A stretch of 64,000 nt of DNA from Chara braunii (GCA_003427395.1 BFEA01000046.1:2421903-2485902); one strand, 5' to 3'; positions 23,715-37,255 are shown, numbered from the stretch's first letter. Numbers and translations: made by a program. The notes: generated by a model not told the origin, from the letters alone.

Positions 23715-26183
23715 GCGAACAGTTGCACCTGACCGTTAAACATAGTCAGAACCGATGAATCGAAATAATGGTTACCATGGCTTAGATGACGTTCGCCTCG
23801 AACTCATCCAGCCGAACCGCTCCCTCCCTTTTGAGCACATACGTGCTGGCGCCTCCTGAGAACTCGGCAAGGGTGATGTCGGTAATGACAACGCCTGAGT
23901 GAGAAGGTTGACGGCCACGGGAGGTAAAAAGTGATTTTTCTTAGCCGTCAGTCCTGTCTCCTTGCTGCCCTTACAAGTGAGGATGACTCTTGCCCAGAAG
24001 TATGGGAAAATTCGTTGCGATGTTTTGGAGCTCTTTGTGATTGTCCTGCAGCTCCTGTCGCCCTTAGCGTCGGAGCCATTACTCAGACCGAAAATCCGGC
24101 GTAGCTATTGGGCCCTCGGTGTGTCAAAACTCCCTCCTACTGCATGCTTCTGCATGTACTCTGAACGAACAAGAACGATCAATCCCGAGATAAGCAGAAT
24201 CCGGACTGAATCCTCAGATAAACATGAGAATGTGCACTGCTTTCTAATCATGCCCGCAGAACGTTAGAGGGAGGCTACCTCCGTTTATAGGATTAGCAAT
24301 GCTCCTACCGGCAGGTAAGTCATTCGCCGCCTCCTATAGAGTTACGGGAAAAAAATTGCTACCTCCGTTTATAATCATGCCCCGCCGCCTCCTATAGAGT
24401 TACGGAAAAAAAATTGAATGAACCTTCCGCTGATACACGGATAGATTCATTCGCAATTTCGAAATCGCTTTCTCCCTCACGCAGCCTGTATTCCTCATAG
24501 TGCCATAACCACCTCTTTGCTGCCAAGTTCGGCCGCGCCATCCAACTCGCGTTGCCCCAAAACCTCAGTTTAGTACCTTAGATCAGAGCAGAGAAGGAAG
24601 CAGGGCCGGGAGCCTGCCACCCATCAAGCCTGGCACATATGAGATAGGGGCGGATCGGTTCAGAGTGTCTGCGTTGCCTATAACTGGTGACGGATGTCTG
24701 TGGGGTGACTCCCTGGCTCAGTATGTGGTGGAACCCAACGTTTTGCGGTGATCAAATCGTGATGTAAGTAGGTGATGTGCTGCTTCGCACCGTGTCGGAT
24801 GTGTGGACATCCTTGTCTGTACTCCACCGTTGCCTTGCTGCCAGCGTCCCGCTTACGCCACATGTAGTTCTTTACGAGACGGTGAGTTTGCTGTGCGGTG
24901 TGACCAGGTGGTTGATGTGGCCTTGTGCTTCGCTGCTTCTTTGCCGTGCTGCTTATCCGCAGGCCGTACCGTTTGCTGTTCTTCCCAGGCAGCAGACTAC
25001 AGATTCGAGGCGTCTTTGACCCCTACAGTGGCACGGTGCCATTTGGAGCATAGACACTTGAAGGACTGCGAGTTCTGCAGACAACGGGCCGCAACAAAGG
25101 AAATATTATTGTTTGGGGGCTGTATGCTGTTCGGACGCAGCCACCCCAGGTGGCACAACGACGTTTTGATCTGAGAAGAGATCAGGCGCGTTGGGAAGGA
25201 GGCATGTACCTGGTCTTTTCGAAGATCTGCGAGGACGGTAGCCTGTGACCTGGGTGTTCGGCGGTATTATTAGCCTGCAGAATCGGCATCTGCAGGCGGT
25301 GCGATTGCTATGGTTGAGGGTAACTCCGCAAAGGAGGGTTGCTGAGGCTATTGTTGTTATCGCTGGTTGTTGTGGACTGGGCACGGACTGCTACTTTTGC
25401 TGCTGGCCACCGCTGTGTACTGCTGCTGCGACAATGGGCTGTGTGTGGACTGCTGTTGCTGGTGACTGCTGCTATTGCCATTTACCGCCACTGAGTACTG
25501 CTGCTGTGTTTAAAGACTGATACAGGCTGTGGTGCAGCGGCGATTGGGCTAAGTGGGGGTGCTGGGATTTAGAGGAATGATCAGACTGGACAAGTAGGGG
25601 TTAGTGCGGCGATTTAGGAGATCGTCAGCGGTTTGATTTCGACAGTTCGACGTCGATGAGATGTTACGTTGGTTGCCATTGCGGGACCCTCAGGCGAATG
25701 AAGGTATCAAGGCCCTCTCCTGAGAGTTGAGTTGTCCCGTTCTTGTATCTCGAGAGTTTGAAACCCCTATCTTCTGTCTTTCTTACTCTAAATCTAATCC
25801 AGTTCTGAGAGGAAGGTGGCAGGGGGGATTGCAACCCGTAGGACTGCAACAAGACTCTGTGGGGAGTCAACCCATCGATTGCGGGAGCTCTGCCGAAACC
25901 TAGGCGAGGTTCTGGAGGCAGGGAACCATCAGGTAACCCATCTCTATCTGTATAACCCAGTACACCCATGTTTGCATATCCCCCTGTAGTTTTATCGGTG
26001 TATGCATCCATGTCCATATGATCTTTGCTTTCTCTTCAAGACATAACCAGACTAAGTAAAGGAACGCATGTATGATGTCAGTTTCTGCTTCTTTGCCTGA
26101 TTGAAAGCAGATTGTTGGGTTGCATCTGGGGGAAGGGTGGGAGAAAGGCTGTATTGCATGAAGTTTGACCGGGTCAACCAAGG

Positions 26184-26851
26184 GCTGGGCCAGTTCCATA
26201 AGTTTGGGAAGGCCCAGTGCTATGTTTTATTTTGGATTGCCTGGAGGACCAGACATGTTCCATAAGTTTGGGTGGTCTGGTTGCTCCGATTTGTGAGGGC
26301 TAAATGTGGTTGACTTTTCAGGTACCAGTCAAATCCATAAGTTTGGGTAGTCTGGCGGCCTTGTTTATTTTGGATTTTCTGTCAGTTTCTTTTTGTTTTG
26401 GCTTTAAGAGAATGAACCAGGCAAAGGACCAGACAAGTTCCATAAGTTTGGGTGACCTTGGTCCAATGCCTCGCACATGCTGGAACCTGAAGGGTATAAC
26501 TTGGCTATATTCTATTATTATATTATCTATGAACAGGCTAGTCAGACAGGGTTCCATAAGTTTGGGTGGTCTGACTATAGCTTATCACAAATTAAACAGA
26601 GTACTAATTAAAAATAAACTTGTGGTACGAAGGGGCAGACTGAATCTTGAGTTAAAGATGATCGGTTCAGTTATATGCTACCTCAAAAGACTAAGTGCAG
26701 ATAATAATATAAATTTTGGATATTTAAATAATTCCGGGCGACTACGGTGGCCTAGTCACACGCCCAAAGACGAGAAAAGTTGTTGTGCCCTATGTTTGTG
26801 TATACTCCATGGCTGAGCTAGACATGTTCCATAAGTTTGGGTAGTCTAGCT
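26184..26851. repeat. Array of six stem-loops with invariant (T)TCCATAAGTTTGGG core
   Basis: Cores at 26194, 26258, 26334, 26438, 26552 and 26827, each closed by an inverted repeat whose sequence varies between copies. Confidence 0.9.
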
Positions 26852-27139
26852 TTATGTCTTATGTAAGTTGGGTATAAAGGGATAAAACACTGAAAGACTA
26901 CGAACTATTGTTTGTTAAGTTGACTTGGGGATGGTGAGAGTACTTACCTTTGTGGTTTGGCCTGCGTGCGACTGAATGAGGCTACTACTTAGTCTGAGTT
27001 TCTGTTTGATAGGTAGTTGCTTTAGTTGTTCGCCACGTGCTAGAGCCATAGGAGTTAGTTTCAATTCCTATATTTTTTTAAATAAGTTTATTTTACTTAG
27101 GGCAATTTCTATATTTTTTGGGATATTTTATTTATACTT

Positions 27140-27710
27140 GGTCTTATGTAAATCTTGGCAAGCTACTTTCTCTACGGGAAGCGCTGCTGAAATTTCTACA
27201 AAACCAAGGAGTTAGTTAGATTTTGTCTTTTCAAAGTTCAGTTTGTCTGACTTTATATATGACTTAGTAAAAATCTGGAGAGTTTCCTTTTCTAAAGGGA
27301 GTGCTGCCCAAATTTTTACTAATTCAGCGAGTTAGATAAAATTGGACCCTTAGAAGTCAAAGTGATTTTTAGATTCTGAATTTGGCTTTATATAAATTTT
27401 GGTAAGTTACTTTCTTTAGGGGAAACGCTGCCAAAATTTCTACAAATCCAAGGAGTTAGTCAAAACTCAAACTTTTCAAAAGTTCAACTTGTCTGATTTT
27501 TATATATCTGGCTTCATAAAAACCTGGGAAGTCCCCCTTTCTAAAGGGAGTGCTGCCCAAATTTTTGCTAATTCAGGGAGTTAGATAAAATTTTACTTTA
27601 AAGGATTGAATTTTTTTTTTTTTTCATATTTAGGCTGATATAAATTCTGGAAAGGTACTTACGGGAAGTGCTGCCGAAATTTTTTTAGTTTAGAGGAGAT
27701 AGATTATATT
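27140..27710. repeat. ~122-bp tandem repeat x5 with A-B-A-B dimer structure
   Basis: GCTGC.NAAATTT motif at about 27183, 27303, 27427, 27552 and 27670. Alternate units are more alike than neighbouring units. Confidence 0.85.
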
Positions 27711-27756
27711 TCGACAGGTGGTGACTCTGGCGATCCACTCTGTATGGGGGAGATTC

Positions 27757-29443
27757 TGTCATAGGCCTACCTTTCTTTTGGGCGCTGGCTTAGAGGTAAA
27801 CCTAGGCTTGGCTATCAGGAGAGTCTTGAGTGAGAACGTGACATGGGGATTTGATCTCCATACATTGACGATTTAGCTTGGACGTTGACCTGTCCTATGA
27901 TACATGTCTTTTTTGGACATTCAATCCAGGATTTGGACTAGTTTCAACTTGATCTCACGAGGATCATCTTCTATTATCACTGATAACAGGTCGGTTGGTT
28001 AATCGCCGACTTGTCGGCTCACGACACAACTTTGCTTACATCTGTACCTCAACTTGATTGCCGTAGCCCTGAGATTTGATATGTTTCTTTGAGGGTTTTA
28101 ACCGAACTTCTTTTTAACGGCCAATATAAAGAACTTATGAGGTTTATGGAGAGTTGAACTATGACTGGGGCTTGAGTGTGTGAGACGTAGTGTGTGTTAC
28201 AAGGAACAGTAAAGTGGAGCACATTGGTGTATGGCAATGTGGCTATTATGTTTGCCTGTGTTGTATGCAAGTTAGTATTTTGGAGCTTGGCATATGGGCC
28301 ATACTTTGGAGGCAGTGAGAATAACAACCATGTGTCGCACGATCTGCATACCCGATAGGTTTATGTTTTCTCTCTCTTTTGTTGCTATCTCGAGTCCTGA
28401 TCTGATATGCGAGTATTGGATGTTTATTTATTTACTGATTGATTTTGCTTGTTAATTTTTATAGTTGGATGTCGTAGTCGGTGGCAGCCGTCAAAGTCAA
28501 ACCCCTTGACTTCGCTCTAGGCCCTAGATGATGGAGCTGGTCTCCAGGACAATAAGAGACGATTGCCACCACAGGTATGAACCTGTGTACCACCCACTCT
28601 CCGCAGAGTGCAGAAGAGGGTGTGGTCCTCAACCGCATTTGACGGTTGCCCAACGTCGAGAGATTAACCCTCAAGGCGCGTGTCAGCCGACACTTGAGTG
28701 TCGAATGCGACCCTCGGGATTAACGAGGACCTCATGAGTATGGGTACTGCATAGTACGTCATTGTTGTGATCGTTTGTGTACGCATGCATTGCGAGTCGA
28801 CATGAGTTAGCCCTGCGTCCGCGCGACTTATATTGAGTCTCTCGCGCGACGCCTATCTGATTTTCACGTCATAAAGTTATGGGATGGCTACTAAGGGACT
28901 AGGAGTGTTGTCGTGTTGTTTATTTTGTGTTGTTCTGTATTTGTTTATGTACGTGAGTATGTATGTGTGTTTTTGTTTTTATGTTCTTAGAGTGGCGTGC
29001 GCGTGGTGCGTGGGATGCGTCCTAGTCGACCGGCGACGAGTCGCGCTTGGGACCTCAGCCCCCCAAGATGACGGTCCACGTGCGGGTCCGATAGAGGCGT
29101 ACTACCGCGTGTACCCCCTGTGCTACAGCGAACGAGAAACGCCCTTCGCTGGTCCACCTCTGCGATTGCAGCTGATCAGCTTTCGTACTGTGGACTGGTC
29201 GCTCGGCGGGGATACGCCCACCGAAGGGAGATGACAACTCCCATAAGGTGGATGTAAGTCGTGCCTCGCGTAGGCCCTATCCTGTTGTAGGGGCTCGCGA
29301 GAGGTATGGCTGGCGCACTCGGGCGGAGTGGCTTGCGGAAGCTCCATGTATATTCGCGACGAGGATTAATTCCGACTCCTGCGTGGCGCGGCCGGGAGGG
29401 TCCCGCGCTGCCTTTGAGTGGTGCCGGACCGATGCGCTCGACA
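27757..29443 (+). mobile_element. 3' LTR of LTR element 4
   Basis: TGTC...GACA termini preceded by PPT GGGGGAGATTC. An unrelated repeat family begins abruptly at 29444. Confidence 0.65.
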
Positions 29444-30210
29444 ACGTAACTGATATGATATTGTTATAAATTGAAACTCAAGTGAACAGTCGATGCAATG
29501 AGACACTGAATGAGAAGGTTGAACTTCGGATTTCATCGCACTTCGATCAATTTTGTATGAGCATTGAGTCGGGCTTATTTTACATGACATTGTGGCATGC
29601 GTACAGTGGAACTCAATCGAGCAATAACACATTGAACGGGATGGTCTAAGTACAGATTCCGTCGCACTTCGATAAACATCCCAATCATGAAGATAATTTA
29701 ATGTTCAACTTATCCGATTCAAAAAATTAATCAAAGATAAAATAACTGAATCCCAACTTGAATGCTTGAATTGCCATTGTCCGGTCCGACATCAAAACTT
29801 AAGTACAGAGTTGAGGCAATCACATTAAGAGGTTCGAATTGTCTAACTTAATAAATTGAGGCAATCACATGATAGTTTAAGTATGAATTTCATCGCACTT
29901 TGATAATTTTGTAACTCAAAAGACGTAACTGACATAGCGTTGTCATTTCGAAACTCAAGTGAACAATCAACGCAATGAGACACTGAACGAGAGTGTTGAA
30001 GTTCAACTCTAGATTTCATCGCAGATCAATCAATTTTGTATGAACATTGAGTCGAACGTATTTTACATGACACTGTGACAGACATAAATTGGAACTCAAT
30101 TGAAGAGTCAAGGCAAGCACACTGTGAACGAGATGGTTTCAGTACGGATTCCGCTGCACTTCCATAAACATCGTAAGCATGAAGACAATTTAATATTGTA
30201 TTTGGTAAGA
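29444..30210. repeat. Degenerate ~490-bp tandem duplication
   Basis: acgtaactga..gaaactcaagtgaaca..caatgagacactgaa at 29444 and at about 29923. Confidence 0.8.
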
Positions 30211-31399
30211 CTATATCTTCAACTTTCCTGCCCACTTACGCTAAGGCACTTGCCATGCTGTTTGCGAAGCCCTAAGAGGCGGCAAAAGAAAAGTTGCTTC
30301 GCTTTTATTCTTTGAGGCTTTTCTCCGATAAAACTATGAGCCTGCGGATTCACCAATGAATTTAGAATTTCCAACTCTAAGCCGTTTCCAACATATAGTG
30401 AAGCGATTGAACTCTCATGTTGCCATGAGAGAGACTCATCTTGAGCCCATACAATAAATTCAAAAACTTCAATACCTATCATAGATAAGAGTGAAAACAT
30501 AAAACTGCATGCATAGTAGCGAAAAGTTTGTAAACTCATGATTTCAGTAGGTCTAATGCTATGAGCAGTCATGATCTAAACTTTTGAAAAACGTTATCAT
30601 TTGCAAAAGCATCTACGAGCGTCCCTCGTACAAGGCATTCATTGATAACCCGAAAGCTAGGGTTTCTTGTTCTCCCTTCGTCGCCACGTTCGAAAACATG
30701 GAAATATATTTCATCTTTGCAAACGTACCAACATCAACAAATGACTTACCAATGGCATCATTCACACAACATGCCACTTGCTTTACCTCACGCCACTTGT
30801 TACCCTCATCAATTTGACTGACAATCACTAAATCGGACTGTCGGTTCTCGTAGACTCGTAGAGGATGCGATGAGTGCCCATACTACAACCATTGGTTCTA
30901 AGCTTGTTATGAGAAACAAGCACTACAACGTCTACCAAAGTTTGCTTCTGGTTCCAACATGCCACACATAACCCCAAAAACTCTCATGAGAAGCGAGACT
31001 TCGTTTTCCAGGGAATGCAGTGCGAGACTGTTGGAAAGGCGAACTGTCGGAAGAGCTTGTCGGGGTGAACTGTAGGACTTCCAGATGGGAATGCAATTGT
31101 AAGACTTGTTCGGTTTCCATAGCCTGGTTCATACTATCCGACACATATAGGGGTCTACACAGGGAATATTTCACTAGATATTTATGTACAGGCAAGGTAG
31201 AAACCCAAAGGCGCGACGACTTTGGTAGTGAGTGGGCGGTTGCAGTAGTGTGTCCGACGGTTGACCTTTCTTGCGTATAATGAAAATTTTCAAGTTCGAC
31301 CGGATCCGAACTTGCGAGAATAGGGAATCCCCCAACAACGCAGCTCCGGGACTATTGGGCGAATTCTCCTTCTTGGAAGTCCGGATCCCTTCAAACTTG

Positions 31400-34300
31400 A
31401 ACTTCTGTCACTGCAAGACTATGTGCGACAGGAATATAAAGAACATGCCTCTTGGACCCCACATCAACCCCCCTAAAGCCCGATGCGACATTTCAATGAG
31501 GCGAGCACGTGTGCTGGCAACTCTAACTTCTGCACTCGAATTGCGGAATGCAGTAGGCGTGGATTTGCAGGCGGGTGCAATGAAGGATCTGACATAGCAT
31601 GATCCTCAAAGTGCGTCGGGATCCAAACTTGTCAGAGATCGGATTCCTGCGACTGCATTGATTTTACTGGTGGGAGGTCATCTAAGCCTTTTTTGTGTCG
31701 ACTCTCGCAACAACAATTCCGTCCGCCACAGTAGTCGACAATGACAGCCCATAAGCTTCGCGCACCGTCGAACCGCACTGGTGAGAAAAGAGGTTGTTGC
31801 GGGGTCGAAGAGGCCTATTTATTTCCTTTCCGTCTATCTGACATTGACGAAAAAGCGGGTGTTGCGCGCACAATACAAGTGAATAGTGCAAAGGGGGTTA
31901 AGGGGGTTTAAGGGGGGTTGTTGTGCACACAGTGCAAGTGCGAATGCGGCTCCAGAAGCGGTCAACGTGAAGATTCGAACCGAAGATGTGACGGAGGCAG
32001 AACCTCAATGTTTTCTGGGACCGGATTCGTGAGAGATAGGGTACCCGCGGCTGCAGTGATTGGATAATCGGACTGACATTTTTTTTACTTCAAGACTATG
32101 CATGGTATAACTTAAAATAACATGGCTCTTGGAACCCTCAACAACCCCTATAAACCCCCGATGCGTTTTTTTTAAATTACGTGAGAACTGGTTTTCCACT
32201 ACTGCAGCAATTGGACTGTAGGACTTGCACCTTTGCCATTACGAGACTATGCATGGGAGAACTAAAAAGAACATGGTTATTTGACTTCTCACCAACCCCC
32301 ATAAACCCCCCATGTGGTTTTTCAGCAAGACGAGCTCATGTATTGCCAGTGTTCATTTCTGCAGTCCAAATGCCAAAAAGGGAAGACGTGGATCTGCAGG
32401 TTGGTGCAACGAATGATCATTGTGCGATCCTAAAAGTGTGTCGGGATCTATACTTGTCAGAGATGCGATGAACAATCCGATAGTGCGTGATGCTGAAAGT
32501 GCGTCGGGATCCGACTTGCCAGAAATAGGATTTCCTCGACTGCACTTATTTTACTATGGGAATATCATTTAAACTTTTTTTTTGCGTTGGCTCTATCGAC
32601 AACAACTCTGTCCACTGCAGTAGTCAACATTGGTGACCGACTAGCACACCACAGTGTCGGGTATGGGCCGTCTTTGTGCGGTCCAACAAGCCTGTCCATT
32701 TTTTTTTAATCTATCTATCATACTTGGAAATGCAGGTGCGCATAACGCAAGTGCAAATGTTTGTGAACAGTGGATGACGCAAACTTGCAAGCAGTTTGAA
32801 GCGATCATCTGACGGAGCTTGGCGCTCGTAGTCAAGATTGTCGCGACTGCATTGATAGAGTCTCTAGCTCAGACGTTCATCACTGCTAGGCCATGTTCGA
32901 AATAAACGAAACATGCCTCTTGGACCCCTCACCAACCCCCCTAAACGTCTGACATGGTCTGGCAATAAGGTTTTATCATCTGCTGGCAATGTTAACTTCT
33001 GCAGATGAAATGCGGAAAGAGGAAGACGCAGATTTGCAGGCAGGCGCATAGAAGGTTGTGATAGAGCGCAATCCCCAAAGTCCGCCGGCATCCGGAGTTG
33101 CCAGAATATGGGGTTCCCCTAACAACAACGACGACGCAGTGTAAAAGAGTACCATGCCAAACGCGGAGGAACTTTTGTATCTCATGCATGTAGGAGTCGA
33201 CATTGGAAGAGCAGGAGCCATCAATAATGATAAAACGAAATGTGGTTTCAAGGGGGGTGACAAGGGGTCCATTAGCAAATTTCGTTTTTTCCATCATTCA
33301 TAATCAACAAAGTCGGTGCGCAAATGAAGGAGAACTAATGTTGCCTAATGTGGACGGCTCGGATTTGTAGGCGGGCACACCAACGGATCGAGATGCGGTT
33401 AAGGCCGTAAGTTCATCGGGTCCCCACTCGTCAGAAACGGGATTCCCGTGGCTACATTGATTGACTGTGAAACTTAAAGTTTATCACTGCAAGGATATGT
33501 CGAAATATACAAAACATCCCTCTCGGACCCCTCACCAACCCCCGCTAAAACCCCGACGTGGTTTGGCAATAAGGTTTTGTCGTTTGCTGGCAATTTTCAC
33601 TTCTGCAGACGGAATGCGGATTCTAAAAGAGGAAGGCGCAAATGTGCAGGCAGGTGCATAGAAGGCTCTGACAGAGTGCGATCCCCAAAGTCCGCTAGGA
33701 TCCGAAGTTACAAGAACAGGGGTTCCCTGAACAGCATCGACGAGGCACTGTAGAAGTGCACCATACGAAATGCAAAAGAGTTTATGTGATTCATGAACGC
33801 AGGAGATGACCGTGGAAGAGCATGAGCTCGCAATAATGAAAAAACGAATCGGGGTTTCAAGGGGGGTGACGAGGGGACCATTATCAAATTTTATTTTTTC
33901 CATCATTCACAGTCAACGAAGTCGATTGAGGGAAGAAAAAAACGAATGTTGCCTAATGTGGATGACACGGATTTGTAGGGGGGCACACCGACGGATCTGG
34001 TGGAGGTTGGGGCTGTAAGTTCTCCGGGTCCCCACTCGTCAGAGTCGAGATTCCTGCGACTGTATCGATTGACTGTCGAACTCGAACTTTTATAACTGCA
34101 AGGAAATAAACAAACACGCCTCTTGGACCCCTCACCAACCCCCCCAAAACCCCCGACGCGGTTTGGCAATAAGCTTTTGGGAATGTTAACTTCTGCAGAC
34201 AAAATGCAGAAAGAGGAAGGCGGATATGTGGAGGCAGGTGCAACGATGGCTGTGATAGAGCGCAATCCCCAAAGTCCGCGGGGATCCGAAGTTGCTAGAG

Positions 34301-34620
34301 CAGGGGTTCCCCTAACAACAATGACGGGGCACCGTAGAAGTGTACCATGCCAAACGCGGAGGAGCTTTTGTGTTTCATGAATGTAGGAGTTGACATCGGA
34401 TGAGCATGAGATCACAAAAACGGTAAAACGAATTGGGGTATGCAGGGGGTGATGAAGGGTGCATTAGAAAACTTCGTTTTCTCTATCATTTTAGTCAACG
34501 TAGCCGGCGCGCAGAAGAAGAAGAGCGAATCTTGCCAATTGTTAACAACATCGATTTCTAGGCGGGTACATCGATGGATCCGATGGAGGTCGAGGCCGTA
34601 AGTTCGTCGGTGGTGAAGTT
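31400..34620. repeat. Degenerate ~600-bp tandem repeat (3 younger units plus 2-3 older ones)
   Basis: Unit marker CTCTTGGACCCCTCACCAACCCC at about 32918, 33520 and 34120, with diverged copies at about 31449, 32127 and 32280. Confidence 0.85.
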
Positions 34621-36649
34621 CGGATCCCGGCGAACTACACAATTAGGTCTCGTTTCGGATACGTTGTTTTGGGACCCCGAATGGCGAATTCTACTTTCCG
34701 TGCGAGCACGCCAACCAGGTCGTGGGACTGTACCAGGGGTTAAGCGTGCGGACGCTCTGCACATGCCTGTGAGTGGCATTGTGTTCAAGTCCGCCGGGAT
34801 CCGAACTTCGTCTTTGAAGCGGCAGCTGAACTCGAAAGCCTTGAGGGACTACTTGGGATAAGCGCGCATCCTAGTGGACCACAACAATTCGGTCGTGCAG
34901 TAGAGACCTTAATTTTGAACCCCAAATAACAAATTTTGAATACTACACTCACCAGTCCGCGACACTTGTGCATGGGGTGTAGTGGGTGCGCGACACTGGA
35001 CGCTCTGCAAGTGTCCTTGAGTGCCATTCTCTTTAAACCACCACTCTACCCGACGTCGAAAATTGGGGGGACCGGTAGCATAGGTCCATGAGGGCTACCG
35101 GTAGCACAAAGTGGAGAACCGACAGAGTGACGAAAATGGAGAATGGGATGAATTGTTGCTACAGGCCATTTCGCGGTTGAAATTATTTTTTAATTATTTT
35201 TTAAAATATTTTTCCTGGAAAGATCATGACCAAATATATAGACCCTTAAATTTGCAGATTTTTTTACGAATTGTTATGAGCGTGAAAAATCGCTGAAATT
35301 GGGGTACTTTTCCCGATGGCCCACAAGCTGTCAACTGGCAAAAATGGGAGAAGTGATGAATTGGCCCGGCATTTATTTCATGGCCTAAAAGATTTTATTT
35401 TATTTTTTTGATATTGTTTCTGAAAAGATCACGACCTGACCTACAAAATATCAAATTTGCAGGTGTTGCTTCCAAATACTTCGAGCGCAAAAAATCGCCA
35501 AAGTTGGCGCTCAAAAATTGCGAGACTGGACTCGCTTGCGCCTTCCGGTCGGCGCCCCCCCTAAAACCCCGCCCTAACTCACCGGAATGCCAATTGTTGA
35601 ACCCGCCCTAACTCACCGGAATGCCAATTGTTGTAGTTCACTGGGATCCGAACTTCATTGTAGAGGCCTCAGCCAAACCAGAAGGCAAGGAGGGCCTGGT
35701 TGAGGTACTGCCCACCGTCGATGATGAAGTCCGGATCCCGACGAACTACAACAATTAGGTTGATCAAGAGACCTTATTTTCGGGCCCGAAGAGGTGAATC
35801 ACGGATGCCATCAGTCGAGACTGAGCAGGCCATGGGACATGTGCCTGGGGTGAAGTGGGTGGAATCTCAGCACGTGTCGTTGAGTGCGATTTTGCTTTAG
35901 TTCACTGGTATCCGGACTTCATCTTTGGAGCCTTGGTAAAACCGACATGCCTGGAGGGTGTGGTTGGGATACTGCCGATCGTCGGATGGTGAAGTATGGA
36001 TCACGGCGGACTACAAGAATTAAGTGTGGACATGTGTCTTGCAGACGTCCCCCGACAGTCCATTACTGTTCAGACGATTACACAGAAGTAGTAAGTTTGA
36101 CCATCATAGTGTCGCTAGCGAGTCGTGCCACGCTCTCGCACACAAACACGTCTGCCCTTCGACAGTTCCCTCGAACGCGCACTGGTTGACATATGCACGT
36201 TCTCATGATCATGGAAACACCATGTCATTACACAATCACTGCGCGCAACGACATTTTTCAATATCGAACAATGTTGTCGATAGCGAACGAGGTTCCGCGC
36301 AGAGAAAACATTCGACAACGAACAATGTCGGGACGCAATGATGGTGTGAACATTGTTCTTCATTGAATAATGTTTGTGCCATTATTGCGCTCTTGCATTG
36401 TTCATCGTCGGATGTTGTCTACGCCATTCGGCATTCTGCAGCGCGCATTTGCGATTGCGGAGTGTAGCATGATGGCATTGTATGTCACTAAACAATGTCA
36501 TCATTCTAAACGGGCAATCGCAAATGCGCGCCGTAGAATTGGTCTGTAGTCGGCGAGTCGTGCATTCGGTTGATTGATGTGTGCGCACCCGATTGATTGA
36601 GTGATTGGTGGAGGGATAGAATGGTAGAAAGAGAGAGAGCAATAAAATG

Positions 36650-36795
36650 GTGGAGAGAGCGAGAGCGAGAGCGAGAGGGAAAGAGAGAGCGAGAGAGCGA
36701 GAGAGAGAGGGAAAGAGAGAGAGGGGGGGAGAGAGAGAGCGAGGGAGATAGAGAGAGGCTGGTATTCGTGCATTCGATTGTTTGATTACTTGATG

Positions 36796-36883
<88 letters not shown>

Positions 36884-37008
36884 NNNNNNNNNNNNNNNNN
36901 NNNNNNNNNNNNNNNNNNNNNNNNNNNNNNNNNNNNNNNNNNNNNNNNNNNNNNNNNNNNNNNNNNNNNNNNNNNNNNNNNNNNNNNNNNNNNNNNNNNN
37001 NNNNNNNN

Positions 37009-37046
<38 letters not shown>

Positions 37047-37153
37047 AAGAGAGAGGTATTCGTGCATTCAAATGGATGCGGTATTCCTGTTTTCGATTGA
37101 CGATTGATTGATTGGGGGAGGGAGAGAGAGGGTGAGAGAGAGATATGGAGTGT

Positions 37154-37229
<76 letters not shown>

Positions 37230-37255
37230 AAGAGAGAGATAGGGAGAGAGAGAGG
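36650..37255. repeat. (GA)n microsatellite cluster with assembly gap
   Basis: Seen directly. Confidence 0.97.

Larger units (their letters stand above)
25680..27717 (-). mobile_element. Probable 5' LTR of LTR element 3
   Basis: TG...CA termini. On the minus strand it is followed after 1 nt by TGGCAACCAACGT (25666-25678), which matches the tRNA-Lys-type PBS TGGCGCCCAACGT at 11/13, and then by a CAG-rich degenerate gag-start-like region (24680-25660). Orientation is not certain. Confidence 0.55.

Noticed and set aside
26184-26851. CRISPR array
   Set aside because: The conserved core is only 14-15 bp, spacing is irregular (64-275 bp), there are no cas genes and the context is a eukaryotic LTR. 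Kept as a stem-loop array instead.
17260-27717. One intact element bounded by the LTRs at 17260-19075 and 25680-27717
   Set aside because: The two LTR-like segments share no visible sequence similarity, no TSD pair was found and no pol lies between them.
32976-34642. Apparent family of small paralogous ORFs (MMEKTKFANGPL/MMEKIKFDNGPL)
   Set aside because: They are by-products of the ~600-bp tandem repeat, and frames and stops are not conserved between units.
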